Source: Deltaproteobacteria bacterium
GTDB taxonomy: Bacteria; Desulfobacterota; Binatia; HRBIN30; CADEER01
Reading direction: 5' to 3'
NCBI GenBank assembly: GCA_029262455.1
Contig: JAJCZJ010000020.1
Coordinates: 325,078-389,077 of the forward strand
DNA length: 64,000 nt
Positions within the stretch are counted from its first letter, which is position 1. The number at the start of each line of letters is the position of its first letter. The translations under genes and the position numbers were made by a program. Shown here piece after piece: positions 38,931 to 46,892 of the stretch. Under the pieces are notes generated by a model, which was not told where the DNA came from, did not search any database, and was given only the letters and a program-made list of their open reading frames with translations.

Positions 38931-40156
38931 TGGCATCCAAAGCAAAACCAAGCGCCAAAAAGTCCGTGCCGACCACAAAAACAAAGCACGCAGCAAAACG
39001 TGCCAAAGCCTCGGCCAAGAAAACAGCCAAAGCGCCGCCCGGAAAAGCCACGACAGCACGGGCGAAGAAGACCACCAAGACTCCGGCCTCCAAGAGCCCC
39101 AAAACCCGGACCCAAAGGACCCGGGCCCAAAAGCCCCGGGCCCGCAAAGCCGCGCTCAAAGTATCGCAAACGGTGTCGCCCAAAGGATCGCAAACGACTT
39201 CGAAGACGGAGCGAACGACCCCATCGCCTCGCGCAAAGTCGCGGCAGGCCACAAAACAACCCCAGATCTTCGTGTCGATCGCCTCCTACCGCGACCAGTT
39301 TCTTCACTTCACCATCGAGTCGGTGCTCAAACAGGCGACGTACCCAGAACGGTTGACCTTCGGCCTCTGCTGGCAAGCCGACGACACCGAGCAACTCGAT
39401 CAATACCTGCACGATCCGCGTTTCCGCATTCGCAAGTACCCGTACTACGCGAGCCTCGGCTACGGTTGGGCAAGAGCCGAGATCCAAAAACTATACGCCG
39501 GCGAAGAGTACCATCTACTGATCGATTCTCACACGTATCTCGCCAAGGGGTGGGACGAGAATCTGATCGCGCAACTCGAGAGCAAGCCGGGCGAGAAGCC
39601 GCTACTGACGACCAGCTCACCCCCTTTCACCTTCGACAATGACGGCAACGTCGTAATCCCGTGGCAAGGGACCGAACACGACGGCGTGCCGCTGATGAAG
39701 TGCGCACGAATCCAACCGGCAGGGTGGGTCGACATCCAGATGTCCAATGAGCGCAAGTCCACCAAACATCAAACCACCGGATTGGTGTGCTGTAACTTTG
39801 TCTTCACGCACGGGGCTTGGATCCGCGAAGTGCCCGAGGATCCGGCGATGATCAACGCCGGCCACGAGTCAGCCCTTTCGGTTCGTACCTTCACCCACGG
39901 ATACGACATCTACCTGCCCGACGAAATTCAAATCTGGCACCTCGACTACAACAACTACCCGAACGGTGAGCGCAACAAGGTATGGGAAGCAAAGTCCGAC
40001 AGTTGGCAGTCTGAGGGCACCGAGATCATGCTGCGGCGGCTGCAAGCGCTGTTCTACAACCGCGGCGACCGCGCCTCGCTCGGCCGCTACGGACTCGGTC
40101 GATCCCGCACCGTAGCCGACTGGGCGGAGATCACCGGACTCGACCTCAGTGACTGA
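38930..40156 (+). CDS. GT60-like (Glyco_transf_GlcNAc / Skp1-Hyp and mucin-Thr GlcNAc-transferase family) enzyme with ~110-aa Lys/Ala/Thr-rich histone-H1-like N-terminal tail
   Basis: ATG overlaps the upstream stop (TGATG). Tail MASKAKPSAKKSVPTTKTKHAAKRAKASAKKTAKAPPGK... Catalytic region starts IFVSIASYRDQFLHFTIESVLKQATYPERLTFGLCWQADD, which I recognise as the N-terminal signature of the GT60 family from memory (needs HMM confirmation). Paralogous to 46893..47900. Confidence 0.45.
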   Translation: MASKAKPSAKKSVPTTKTKHAAKRAKASAKKTAKAPPGKATTARAKKTTKTPASKSPKTRTQRTRAQKPRARKAALKVSQTVSPKGSQTTSKTERTTPSPRAKSRQATKQPQIFVSIASYRDQFLHFTIESVLKQATYPERLTFGLCWQADDTEQLDQYLHDPRFRIRKYPYYASLGYGWARAEIQKLYAGEEYHLLIDSHTYLAKGWDENLIAQLESKPGEKPLLTTSSPPFTFDNDGNVVIPWQGTEHDGVPLMKCARIQPAGWVDIQMSNERKSTKHQTTGLVCCNFVFTHGAWIREVPEDPAMINAGHESALSVRTFTHGYDIYLPDEIQIWHLDYNNYPNGERNKVWEAKSDSWQSEGTEIMLRRLQALFYNRGDRASLGRYGLGRSRTVADWAEITGLDLSD

Positions 40157-41942
40157 CGTCGACTCCGCACTACTGCCAATTCCCCAACCCGAGTGGCGTG
40201 CTTCTTTATCCGGCGACGGCGCGGCAGTTGATGTCCTGATTTTAAGCAAGGACCGCGCCTGCCAACTCGACGGACTGCTGCGCACGATGCGCGCGTTCCT
40301 GACCATCCCACACCGGAAATACGTACTGTACAAGACGTCTAATTTGGCGTTCGAGCGCGGCTACGACATGCTCCGCCGGTGGAATCCCGAGGTCGAGTTC
40401 ATCGACGAGGCGCAAACGTTTCGACAATGCTACCTCGACCTCGTGGCAAGGATCGCCGCCGGGCCTGGTCGCTACTGGATGCCGGTGATGGACGACATGA
40501 TCTTCACTCGCACGTTCACCGCACAGCCACTCATCGACCTCCTCGACACAGACGAGGACGTGCTGGCGATCTCTCTGCGCCTCGGCGAGAACATTACCTA
40601 TTGCTACACCCGAAACGCTCCAACCACACCTCCGGACTTCAGCAACGGACACCGTTGGGAATGGAGAACAGCCAGCCCAGGCTACTGGAACTATCCAATG
40701 TCCGTCGACGCCAACATCTACCGCACGGCGGAAATGGCCGAATACATCCCGACCCTCCAATTCGGCAAGGCTGAAGTCATCGAGGCACGCATGGCCGGGG
40801 TGCCCTTGAACCGCCCCCATATGCTGTGTGAACCGACCCCCAGCGTACTCAATCTCGCGATCAACCGCGTTCAACACACCTTCAAGAATCGGCACGGCAC
40901 AATCACGCCAGAAGCCCTGAACGGCGCTTTCCTCGCGGGTTTCGCGATGGATGTGCGCCCGTTGCTGGGTCGAACCTTCAACGCCTGTCACGTCGAGGTC
41001 GAGCTGTCCTTGGTCCCCGATGCGCGCGAGCGCCCCGGCGCAACGCCCCTCTCTTCGACCGGCTGGAAACCACAGCGAAACGGCGCCGTCGTCGTGACCG
41101 AGAGCCATGCTGTCGTGACGCTCAAGAGGAACGGAACGAAGCTCAAACTCAATCAGAGCGCCGAAGAGATCTGGAAACTGTGCGACGGAACACGAACGCC
41201 CGAGGACATCCAAAACGAGCTCGCGCAACATTTTGACGCAACCCCGCGCCAGCTTCACAGCGGCGTACGAAGCGCCCTGGCGAATTTCATCAATCACGGC
41301 CTTCTCCGTCAGGAACGCCCGGAAGGCGCATACCGCCGCATCGACCTGCGCCAGATTCCCTGCTTCGTGATCAATTGCGAAGCCGATGCTGAGAAGGACA
41401 CGTTGATGAAGCGTCAGCTCGCTGAGCTCGGGATACCGTACGAACGTGTACCCGGGATCGCCGCAAGCCCGGATTGGGTCGGCGTCGCGCTGTCGCACCT
41501 CAAAGTGCTTCGCCTGACCCGCTCGACGACACCCTTCCTGGTGCTCGAGGACGATTGCTTGTTCAACGACCGCTTCCAACCAGTGTGGCAAGTACCGGTC
41601 GAGGCCGACGCCCTGTATCTCGGCGTTTCCGAGTTCGGCCTCGAGACCCCCGGTCACTTCAGCTGGGGCCGCCGGCGCAAGAACCAATGGAGACCCTACG
41701 ACCGGTCCTTCCTCCGCATTTTCAACATGCTCGCACGCCATGCGGTCGTGTACCTTTCCAACGACTACTGCGAGCAAGTCATCCAATCGCAAATCGAAGC
41801 ACTGACGAATCGAAGTTTGCCGTACCCTGGGGACATCGGCTGCGCGATGCTGCAAGCATCGCACGTCGTCCTGACCCCGAACGAACCGATCTGCCGGCAA
41901 ACCGGTCGTGACTCGACCGTGCGTCCGTTGCCGGAGCTCTGA
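40149..41942 (+). CDS. Three-domain enzyme: GT-A (GT2-like) domain - PqqD-like (RRE) domain - GT25 family glycosyltransferase domain
   Basis: GTG start overlapping the upstream stop. N-terminal VDVLILSKDRACQLDGLLRTM and a DDM motif (GT-A). Residues ~312-388 VVTLKRNGTKLKLNQSAEEIWKLCDGTRTPEDIQNELAQHFDATPRQLHSGVRSALANFINHGLL (PqqD-like). C-terminal CFVINCEADAEKDTLMKRQLAELGIPYERVPGI matches the GT25 N-terminal motif (LPS GT25 / collagen Hyl-galactosyltransferase family). Confidence 0.5.
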   Translation: MTDVDSALLPIPQPEWRASLSGDGAAVDVLILSKDRACQLDGLLRTMRAFLTIPHRKYVLYKTSNLAFERGYDMLRRWNPEVEFIDEAQTFRQCYLDLVARIAAGPGRYWMPVMDDMIFTRTFTAQPLIDLLDTDEDVLAISLRLGENITYCYTRNAPTTPPDFSNGHRWEWRTASPGYWNYPMSVDANIYRTAEMAEYIPTLQFGKAEVIEARMAGVPLNRPHMLCEPTPSVLNLAINRVQHTFKNRHGTITPEALNGAFLAGFAMDVRPLLGRTFNACHVEVELSLVPDARERPGATPLSSTGWKPQRNGAVVVTESHAVVTLKRNGTKLKLNQSAEEIWKLCDGTRTPEDIQNELAQHFDATPRQLHSGVRSALANFINHGLLRQERPEGAYRRIDLRQIPCFVINCEADAEKDTLMKRQLAELGIPYERVPGIAASPDWVGVALSHLKVLRLTRSTTPFLVLEDDCLFNDRFQPVWQVPVEADALYLGVSEFGLETPGHFSWGRRRKNQWRPYDRSFLRIFNMLARHAVVYLSNDYCEQVIQSQIEALTNRSLPYPGDIGCAMLQASHVVLTPNEPICRQTGRDSTVRPLPEL

Positions 41943-41977
41943 TCGAACGAGCCGTTCCTCCAAGCCGGATCCATACA

Positions 41978-44900
41978 GTGAAAAAGGGCACAATCCACGA
42001 TCTCTTCTCCCGCACCGCTTGCGTCGTGTCCGACAGGCACCGATTCATCTATTTGACGGCGCAAAACGCCACGTCTTCCCTGAAGGCCGAGCTGTCGAAC
42101 GAGCACTGCGGCGGCGTTGTCCTCGCCCGCGCACAGGTGGCTGATAAACTCTGGAACCAATACTTTACGTTCGCCTTCCTGCGCGACCCGCTGACGCGCT
42201 TTCTCTCCGCCTATCAGGAAGTGTCTCTGCACATGGAGCGTGACAAACTCGAACCGCGCCCTTTCGGCCGGATGCCCGACGGCCTCGATCGCTTTCAGGC
42301 ATTTCTCGCGGACGTCGAGCAGAACGGTCCGTGGAACGAGCACATTGCACTCCAGCTAGCCTTCGTCGAGCGCCGAAGAATCGACTTTTGGGGGCTCGTC
42401 GAAACGCTGCAAGACGACTTCCAACAAATCTACACCCGGCTGGGATTGGGGACCTGTCCCGTTCTGCCAAAACGCCGCTCTCGCAGCGGCCGTGAGGAAA
42501 AGGACGGCATCTCGCGCTTCGCCTTCCATCCGGAGGACCTCGATGCGACGACAATTGAGCGCATCTACGACCTCTACCGTGAGGACGTCTTGCTGATTCG
42601 AGCGGTTCGCCCCGACGCACCTGAAATGCAGCCGCACTCAACCCGTGCCGCACCGCCCCCCGGAATGGTGCAGGTGGCGATCGCCCTGGCCAACGGCGGC
42701 GAATACTCCCTCGAACTTCCGCCCGGCCAACCAGAGCTGGGCGCTCTGCAAGCTGTGGTATCACCACAACAATCCGATGGACGTTTTCTCGGCCCGCAAG
42801 TTCTGCAGGTTCCACTGCGTGGTGGCAATTCCGCGCTGACGTTTTCCACGCAGCACCTCGTTCGTCTCGAGCTACGCCCCCCCGACGCCCGAGAACTGCG
42901 CCGAATCGAGGCGCCGGCCACCGGCACGGGCAACTCCGGAGTGAATCTAATAAACGTCGGGAACAAGCGGCCGCCAACCGAGGACCCATCGAGCAATATC
43001 GACGAGGCGCATCTCGGTGGCTACATTCGTGCGGCCAATACACCGATTCTCCACAGCGCCGCAGGCCCACACGGGGACCGGGGAACCTGGAATCCGCTGC
43101 TGTGGCGTTGGGCAATCGAAGATCTCGACGTGCGATCAGTGATCGATATCGGATGCGGCGAGGGACACGCCGCCGGATTTTTCTCCGACGGCGGGTGTGA
43201 AGTGCTCGCGCTCGATGGCAGCCTTCAAGCGCGCTATTCCAGCGTTGTTCCAGATCGCCACGTCGTACACGACTTCGTCGAGGGACCTTTCGTCCCAGAG
43301 AAAAGCTTCGACATGGCCTGGACCTGCGAGTTCGTCGAACACGTCGAGGCGCGTTTTCTCCACAATTTCCTGGCTACGATCGCATCGAGCCGCAAGTACG
43401 TGATGATGACGTTCGCCAGCCCGACACAAACAGGCTGGCATCACGTCAATTGCCAAGAACAGGGTTACTGGGTCGATCAGTTGGGACGCCTCGGGTTTCG
43501 CCTGGACGACGATCTAACCGAGAGAGGCCGAGCCTTGGCTCACTCTCATTTTCGCGAACGTGGCCTGGTCTTCGTCCGGCACCATCGAAAAGGCGAGTCA
43601 TCGAAGTCCACAGAACCGTCGCTGCGCGCGACTGCCGAGAGTCACTGTCTCGACCCGCTGCCGGTCCAATCCATGCAGGTCGCACAGCGCGAGAGCGATG
43701 CCTTCTACCTGTTTGTCGACATCTTCGTGCATCCGACCGCACCGAGAATCGTGGCGATCTCACCACCCTATGGCGAAGACTGGAATCCTAACGTTGTCGG
43801 CATCGACTACGATGCCGTCGACCTTGTATTCGGTGACATACGCGTCCGCGGCCGCTGCCTGCGGCACCGTCTCGACTCCTGGGAGCCTTGCATGCTTCTC
43901 GAGTTCGAGGACGAAGACCTAACAGAGCGCATTCGGGCCAACGACGAGATCAACGTCACGATCGAGGCCGGCTCGCATTCGTCGTCCTTCGTCCTGACGA
44001 CCCGCCCAGCGCCAGCCTACGATGTCGCAATGAGCCTCGTCGTACGCAACGAAAACCGCTGGATCCGCACGTTTCTCGACTACTACCTCGACTGCGTCAA
44101 AGCCGACCACGTCTTCATCTACGACAACGGAACGTCGGAACAAGACCAGCTGCTTTCCATTCTTCACCCGTACCGAGAGCGCGGGCAAGTGACGTACATC
44201 CCGTGGGATTTTCGCTGGCGCAACCGCATCGACCGCAAGATGATCGGCCAACCGACACAGGAGGCTCACTCCCTTGCAAGATTCGCAAACACCGGGTGGA
44301 TCGGCTTTCTCGACATCGACGAGTTCCTGCGCTTGCCGCACAGCACCCTGCCACAATTTCTCGCTCGCTTCGCGTCCGCGGAGGTCGACGGACTCTCGTT
44401 CGGTATCCGGTGGTTTTCTTACGAGGGCCCGCTTGCACTCGATGAGATTACGAGTGTGCCACTGCAATTCCTCCACTCGCGCCGCAATGAGCTCGGCCGA
44501 AAACGGCAGAAGTTCTTCGTCAAAGGCGGCGGCTCGAAGTTTCTTCGCTTGCATTGGCTCGAAGACGGAGGTCGCGAACTGCCCATCGACGACACCGAGA
44601 TCTACTTTCACCACTACGATCAACGTCCCGGCCGTTTCGAAGAAGGAAAGCAAATCGGAGGAGCGCGCGACGAATACATGCTGCGCTTCGCCGACCAGCT
44701 CTCGCGCCCCGAGCGGCACAGAGCCCCTCTAACCGAGAGAGGATGGATCACCCACATCAACTCTTCGATCGAACGCGCCGAACGCGACACCTCCAAACTC
44801 ACCCCGGAAGTCCTCGCCGTCGACGGCATGTGCGGGCGCTACACCCGTCACTTCTACAACAACCTCTGCAGCTTCGGAGGATGCCGCTACCTCGAGATCG

Positions 44901-45385
44901 GCAGCTATCACGGGGCCAGCACCTGCGCGGCAATCTTCGGCAACGACGTATCCGCCGTGTGCATCGACAATTGGACACAGTTTCACGGCAAGCGAAGCCG
45001 CTTCGAGGATGCCCTACGACGCTTCCGAGGAGATCGCTCGGTCCGAGTCATCGAGCAAAACTGCTTCGAAGTAGACGCCTCAAGCCTCGGCCCATTCGAC
45101 ATCTATCTCTACGATGGCGACCACAGCCAGCAGAACCAGTACCGAGCCTTGCAGCACTTCGTTCAGACGCTGGCCAAGCTCGCCGTAGTCGTCATCGACG
45201 ACTGGAATCGTCGGCATATCCGTCGGGGGACACAGGACGCGATTCGGGACCTCGAACTCGATGTAATCTTCGACCGAGAGATCCTACTGCCAACCGACCA
45301 GACGGCGGATGAAAACCGTGACGCTGGAGCGCGAACTTGGTGGAACGGACTCTACATCATGCTCGTTCGCAGTAGAACGCAGTAG
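41978..45385 (+). CDS. 1135-aa five-domain enzyme: sulfotransferase (Sulfotransfer_2-like) - novel ~80-aa domain - class I SAM methyltransferase - GT-A glycosyltransferase (DIDEFL) - TylF/CmcI-like O-methyltransferase
   Basis: GTG start. Five domains are visible:
- (1) 5'-PSB-like RFIYLTAQNATSSLKAEL and 3'-PB FLRDPLTRFLSAY, carbohydrate sulfotransferase motifs.
- (2) MVQVAIALANGGEYSLELP...LQVPLRGGNSALTFSTQHLVRLELRPP, homologous to the N-termini of the 29406 and 36641 proteins.
- (3) RSVIDIGCGEGHAAGFFSDGGCEVLALD, methyltransferase motif I.
- (4) HVFIYDNGTSEQ...GWIGFLDIDEFL, GT-A DxD.
- (5) FDIYLYDGDHS, Methyltransf_24 (TylF/MycF-like) motif. Confidence 0.55.
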   Translation: MKKGTIHDLFSRTACVVSDRHRFIYLTAQNATSSLKAELSNEHCGGVVLARAQVADKLWNQYFTFAFLRDPLTRFLSAYQEVSLHMERDKLEPRPFGRMPDGLDRFQAFLADVEQNGPWNEHIALQLAFVERRRIDFWGLVETLQDDFQQIYTRLGLGTCPVLPKRRSRSGREEKDGISRFAFHPEDLDATTIERIYDLYREDVLLIRAVRPDAPEMQPHSTRAAPPPGMVQVAIALANGGEYSLELPPGQPELGALQAVVSPQQSDGRFLGPQVLQVPLRGGNSALTFSTQHLVRLELRPPDARELRRIEAPATGTGNSGVNLINVGNKRPPTEDPSSNIDEAHLGGYIRAANTPILHSAAGPHGDRGTWNPLLWRWAIEDLDVRSVIDIGCGEGHAAGFFSDGGCEVLALDGSLQARYSSVVPDRHVVHDFVEGPFVPEKSFDMAWTCEFVEHVEARFLHNFLATIASSRKYVMMTFASPTQTGWHHVNCQEQGYWVDQLGRLGFRLDDDLTERGRALAHSHFRERGLVFVRHHRKGESSKSTEPSLRATAESHCLDPLPVQSMQVAQRESDAFYLFVDIFVHPTAPRIVAISPPYGEDWNPNVVGIDYDAVDLVFGDIRVRGRCLRHRLDSWEPCMLLEFEDEDLTERIRANDEINVTIEAGSHSSSFVLTTRPAPAYDVAMSLVVRNENRWIRTFLDYYLDCVKADHVFIYDNGTSEQDQLLSILHPYRERGQVTYIPWDFRWRNRIDRKMIGQPTQEAHSLARFANTGWIGFLDIDEFLRLPHSTLPQFLARFASAEVDGLSFGIRWFSYEGPLALDEITSVPLQFLHSRRNELGRKRQKFFVKGGGSKFLRLHWLEDGGRELPIDDTEIYFHHYDQRPGRFEEGKQIGGARDEYMLRFADQLSRPERHRAPLTERGWITHINSSIERAERDTSKLTPEVLAVDGMCGRYTRHFYNNLCSFGGCRYLEIGSYHGASTCAAIFGNDVSAVCIDNWTQFHGKRSRFEDALRRFRGDRSVRVIEQNCFEVDASSLGPFDIYLYDGDHSQQNQYRALQHFVQTLAKLAVVVIDDWNRRHIRRGTQDAIRDLELDVIFDREILLPTDQTADENRDAGARTWWNGLYIMLVRSRTQ

Positions 45386-45412
45386 AAACGCCGCAAATAT
45401 CGAAACCGGGAA

Positions 45413-45892
45413 TTACTCCTCGCCCTTGGTTTCTTTTCCCACGGGAGCCGGTCGGCCCTCGTCGTCATCCGAAGCAATGAGCTTTTTAGCACCGAAGCCA
45501 AAGAGCGCCGCTGCGGCCACAGCCGCGGCGCCGCCTGAAACCACAGGCGCATCGACTGCTGCCTGAAAGGCGGTCGGAACCGCCGTACTGGGAAGGCCCG
45601 GATCGAGGACCGTCGGGACCTGCGTCGGTGCGGCAGTAGGATTGAGGCAAAGTGACGGCGAATTGGTACATTGCGTCGTCCCAGCTTCGACAGGCGCGAC
45701 GAATCCAAGATCAGACGAGACCGGTACCGATAAGATCACCGGCGTTACCCAGGCAATCTTGAGCGCCGAGCGCCTTGAAATATCGTCGGAAAAAGTCGGC
45801 CGCGCCGCCTTCCCGTCCGTCACCAGCTCGCCCCGCAGCCGCTCGATCTCCTCGAGAAGCTCCTTTTTCGTCTTCGTTCCGTCACCCGCCAT
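45413..45892 (-). CDS. Small exported Pro/Thr/Ser/Ala-rich protein, paralog B (coiled-coil N-region plus SRRSALK Tat-like motif, C-terminal hydrophobic segment)
   Basis: Internal Met of ORF 45413..45997, preceded by gagggtc. MAGDGTKTKKELLEEIERLRGELVTDGK...DISRRSALKIAWVTPVILSVPVSS, then a PT-rich region with two Cys, then AAAVAAAALFGFGAKKLIASDDDEG. Confidence 0.5.
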   Translation of the reverse strand: MAGDGTKTKKELLEEIERLRGELVTDGKAARPTFSDDISRRSALKIAWVTPVILSVPVSSDLGFVAPVEAGTTQCTNSPSLCLNPTAAPTQVPTVLDPGLPSTAVPTAFQAAVDAPVVSGGAAAVAAAALFGFGAKKLIASDDDEGRPAPVGKETKGEE

Positions 45893-46048
45893 TATAGACC
45901 CTCTCCAATGCTGCCGCTGCCATAGCAAGAATCCGACCCAAATCCCAGGCCTGCGACATCGATTTCCTGGATTCGCGGTGAGACACCCCCTGCGCACTCG
46001 TAGCAGCGGCTCGGCAGCCTATCCCGATCAAGTGGGAGAATGGGCGTG

Positions 46049-46744
46049 TCATCCCACCCCGCAGACCTCCCGACCCGTGGCTTCACGATAGTAGGACACA
46101 TCCTCGGCGCAAATGCGCAAAGCCAGTTCTCGCGTCTCCCCATCATAGAAAAGCTCCGGAACCGGCATCCCGTGCCGGCGAAGCCAGCCCGGGGAACGAT
46201 CTGTCGCGCGCTCTCGAATCGTCACGTCCTGCGGCGAAGGATTCTCGTGCAGGACCGGCGCGGAAACCGAAACTCTCTCGTTTAAGCTCGCCAGCCCCCG
46301 CGAGAGATCTTCCACCGCAACGACTTCGTCGAAGTCTATCTGATGCGTGTTTCGGACCTGCGGCACCAAATGGTGCTGGGGTTCGATCCCGCGGGTCTGA
46401 ACATGCTGCAAGGTGTAGAGGAACTTGCGAAAGCTCTTGTCCCGCAGCGAGAGCTTCCGGTCATCGTCGGCAAAGCACCACAACGTTTCATCGCGCACGA
46501 CCCACAAGGTGTAGAACCCGACGAGTCGGCGAAGCGGATCGCGCACAAAGAAGACCTTCCAATAGTCACGACAGCGGTCGATGTCGCCGTGCCAAATCAG
46601 GAAAGCGTCAAGGTCTTCGACCGGTTGCTTCGTCTTCTCCTCAATCGCTGCCTTGCACCACGATCGGATGCTGTTCGAACCACACTTGGGACTATAGACG
46701 GCAAGTACTTCGAGTGGATCCGCGGCTAGGAAGAAGTGGGCCAT
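46049..46744 (-). CDS. Carbohydrate sulfotransferase-like protein (Sulfotransfer_2/3 family); possible N-terminal extension through the heptad repeat to a GTG at 46900
   Basis: From MAHFFLAADPLEVLAVYSPKCGSNSIRSW (5'-PSB PKCGS) and FFVRDPLRRLVGFY (3'-PB). The ORF-track version starts at a GTG at 46898-46900, 5 nt upstream of the preceding gene's stop, which is a coupling-type overlap. That start would add (T-S-H-E-S-P-V)n repeats to the N-terminus. Confidence 0.5.
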   Translation of the reverse strand: MAHFFLAADPLEVLAVYSPKCGSNSIRSWCKAAIEEKTKQPVEDLDAFLIWHGDIDRCRDYWKVFFVRDPLRRLVGFYTLWVVRDETLWCFADDDRKLSLRDKSFRKFLYTLQHVQTRGIEPQHHLVPQVRNTHQIDFDEVVAVEDLSRGLASLNERVSVSAPVLHENPSPQDVTIRERATDRSPGWLRRHGMPVPELFYDGETRELALRICAEDVSYYREATGREVCGVG

Positions 46745-46759
46745 GGGGATTCTATGTGT

Positions 46760-46878
46760 GTGATTGGTGACTGGTGATTCGTGACTGGTGACTGGTGATT
46801 CGTGACTGGTGACTGGTGATTCGTGACTGGTGACTGGTGATTCGTGACTGGTGACTGGTGACTGGTGACTGGTGATTG
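46760..46878. repeat. 17 tandem copies of a heptanucleotide (GTGACTG/GTGATTC; 21-nt super-unit x4) between the GT60-like gene and the sulfotransferase
   Basis: Read directly: gtgattg gtgactg gtgattc gtgactg gtgactg gtgattc ... gtgactg gtgattg. On the minus strand this is CAGTCAC/GAATCAC. In the reading frame of ORF 46049..46900 it encodes the heptad TSHESPV five or more times. Confidence 0.8.
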
Positions 46879-46892
46879 GTTGGGCAAAAGTT

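Noticed and set aside
42165-43115. 316-aa minus-strand ORF inside the 1135-aa multi-domain gene, and the plus-strand 44554..45312 ORF in another frame
   Set aside because: Antisense or alternative frames of a CDS with several recognisable catalytic motifs. Arg-rich.
46760-46878. Considered whether the perfect short tandem repeats could be a CRISPR array
   Set aside because: Units are 7 nt with no spacers of unique sequence and no cas genes. It is a microsatellite-like heptanucleotide array, not CRISPR.
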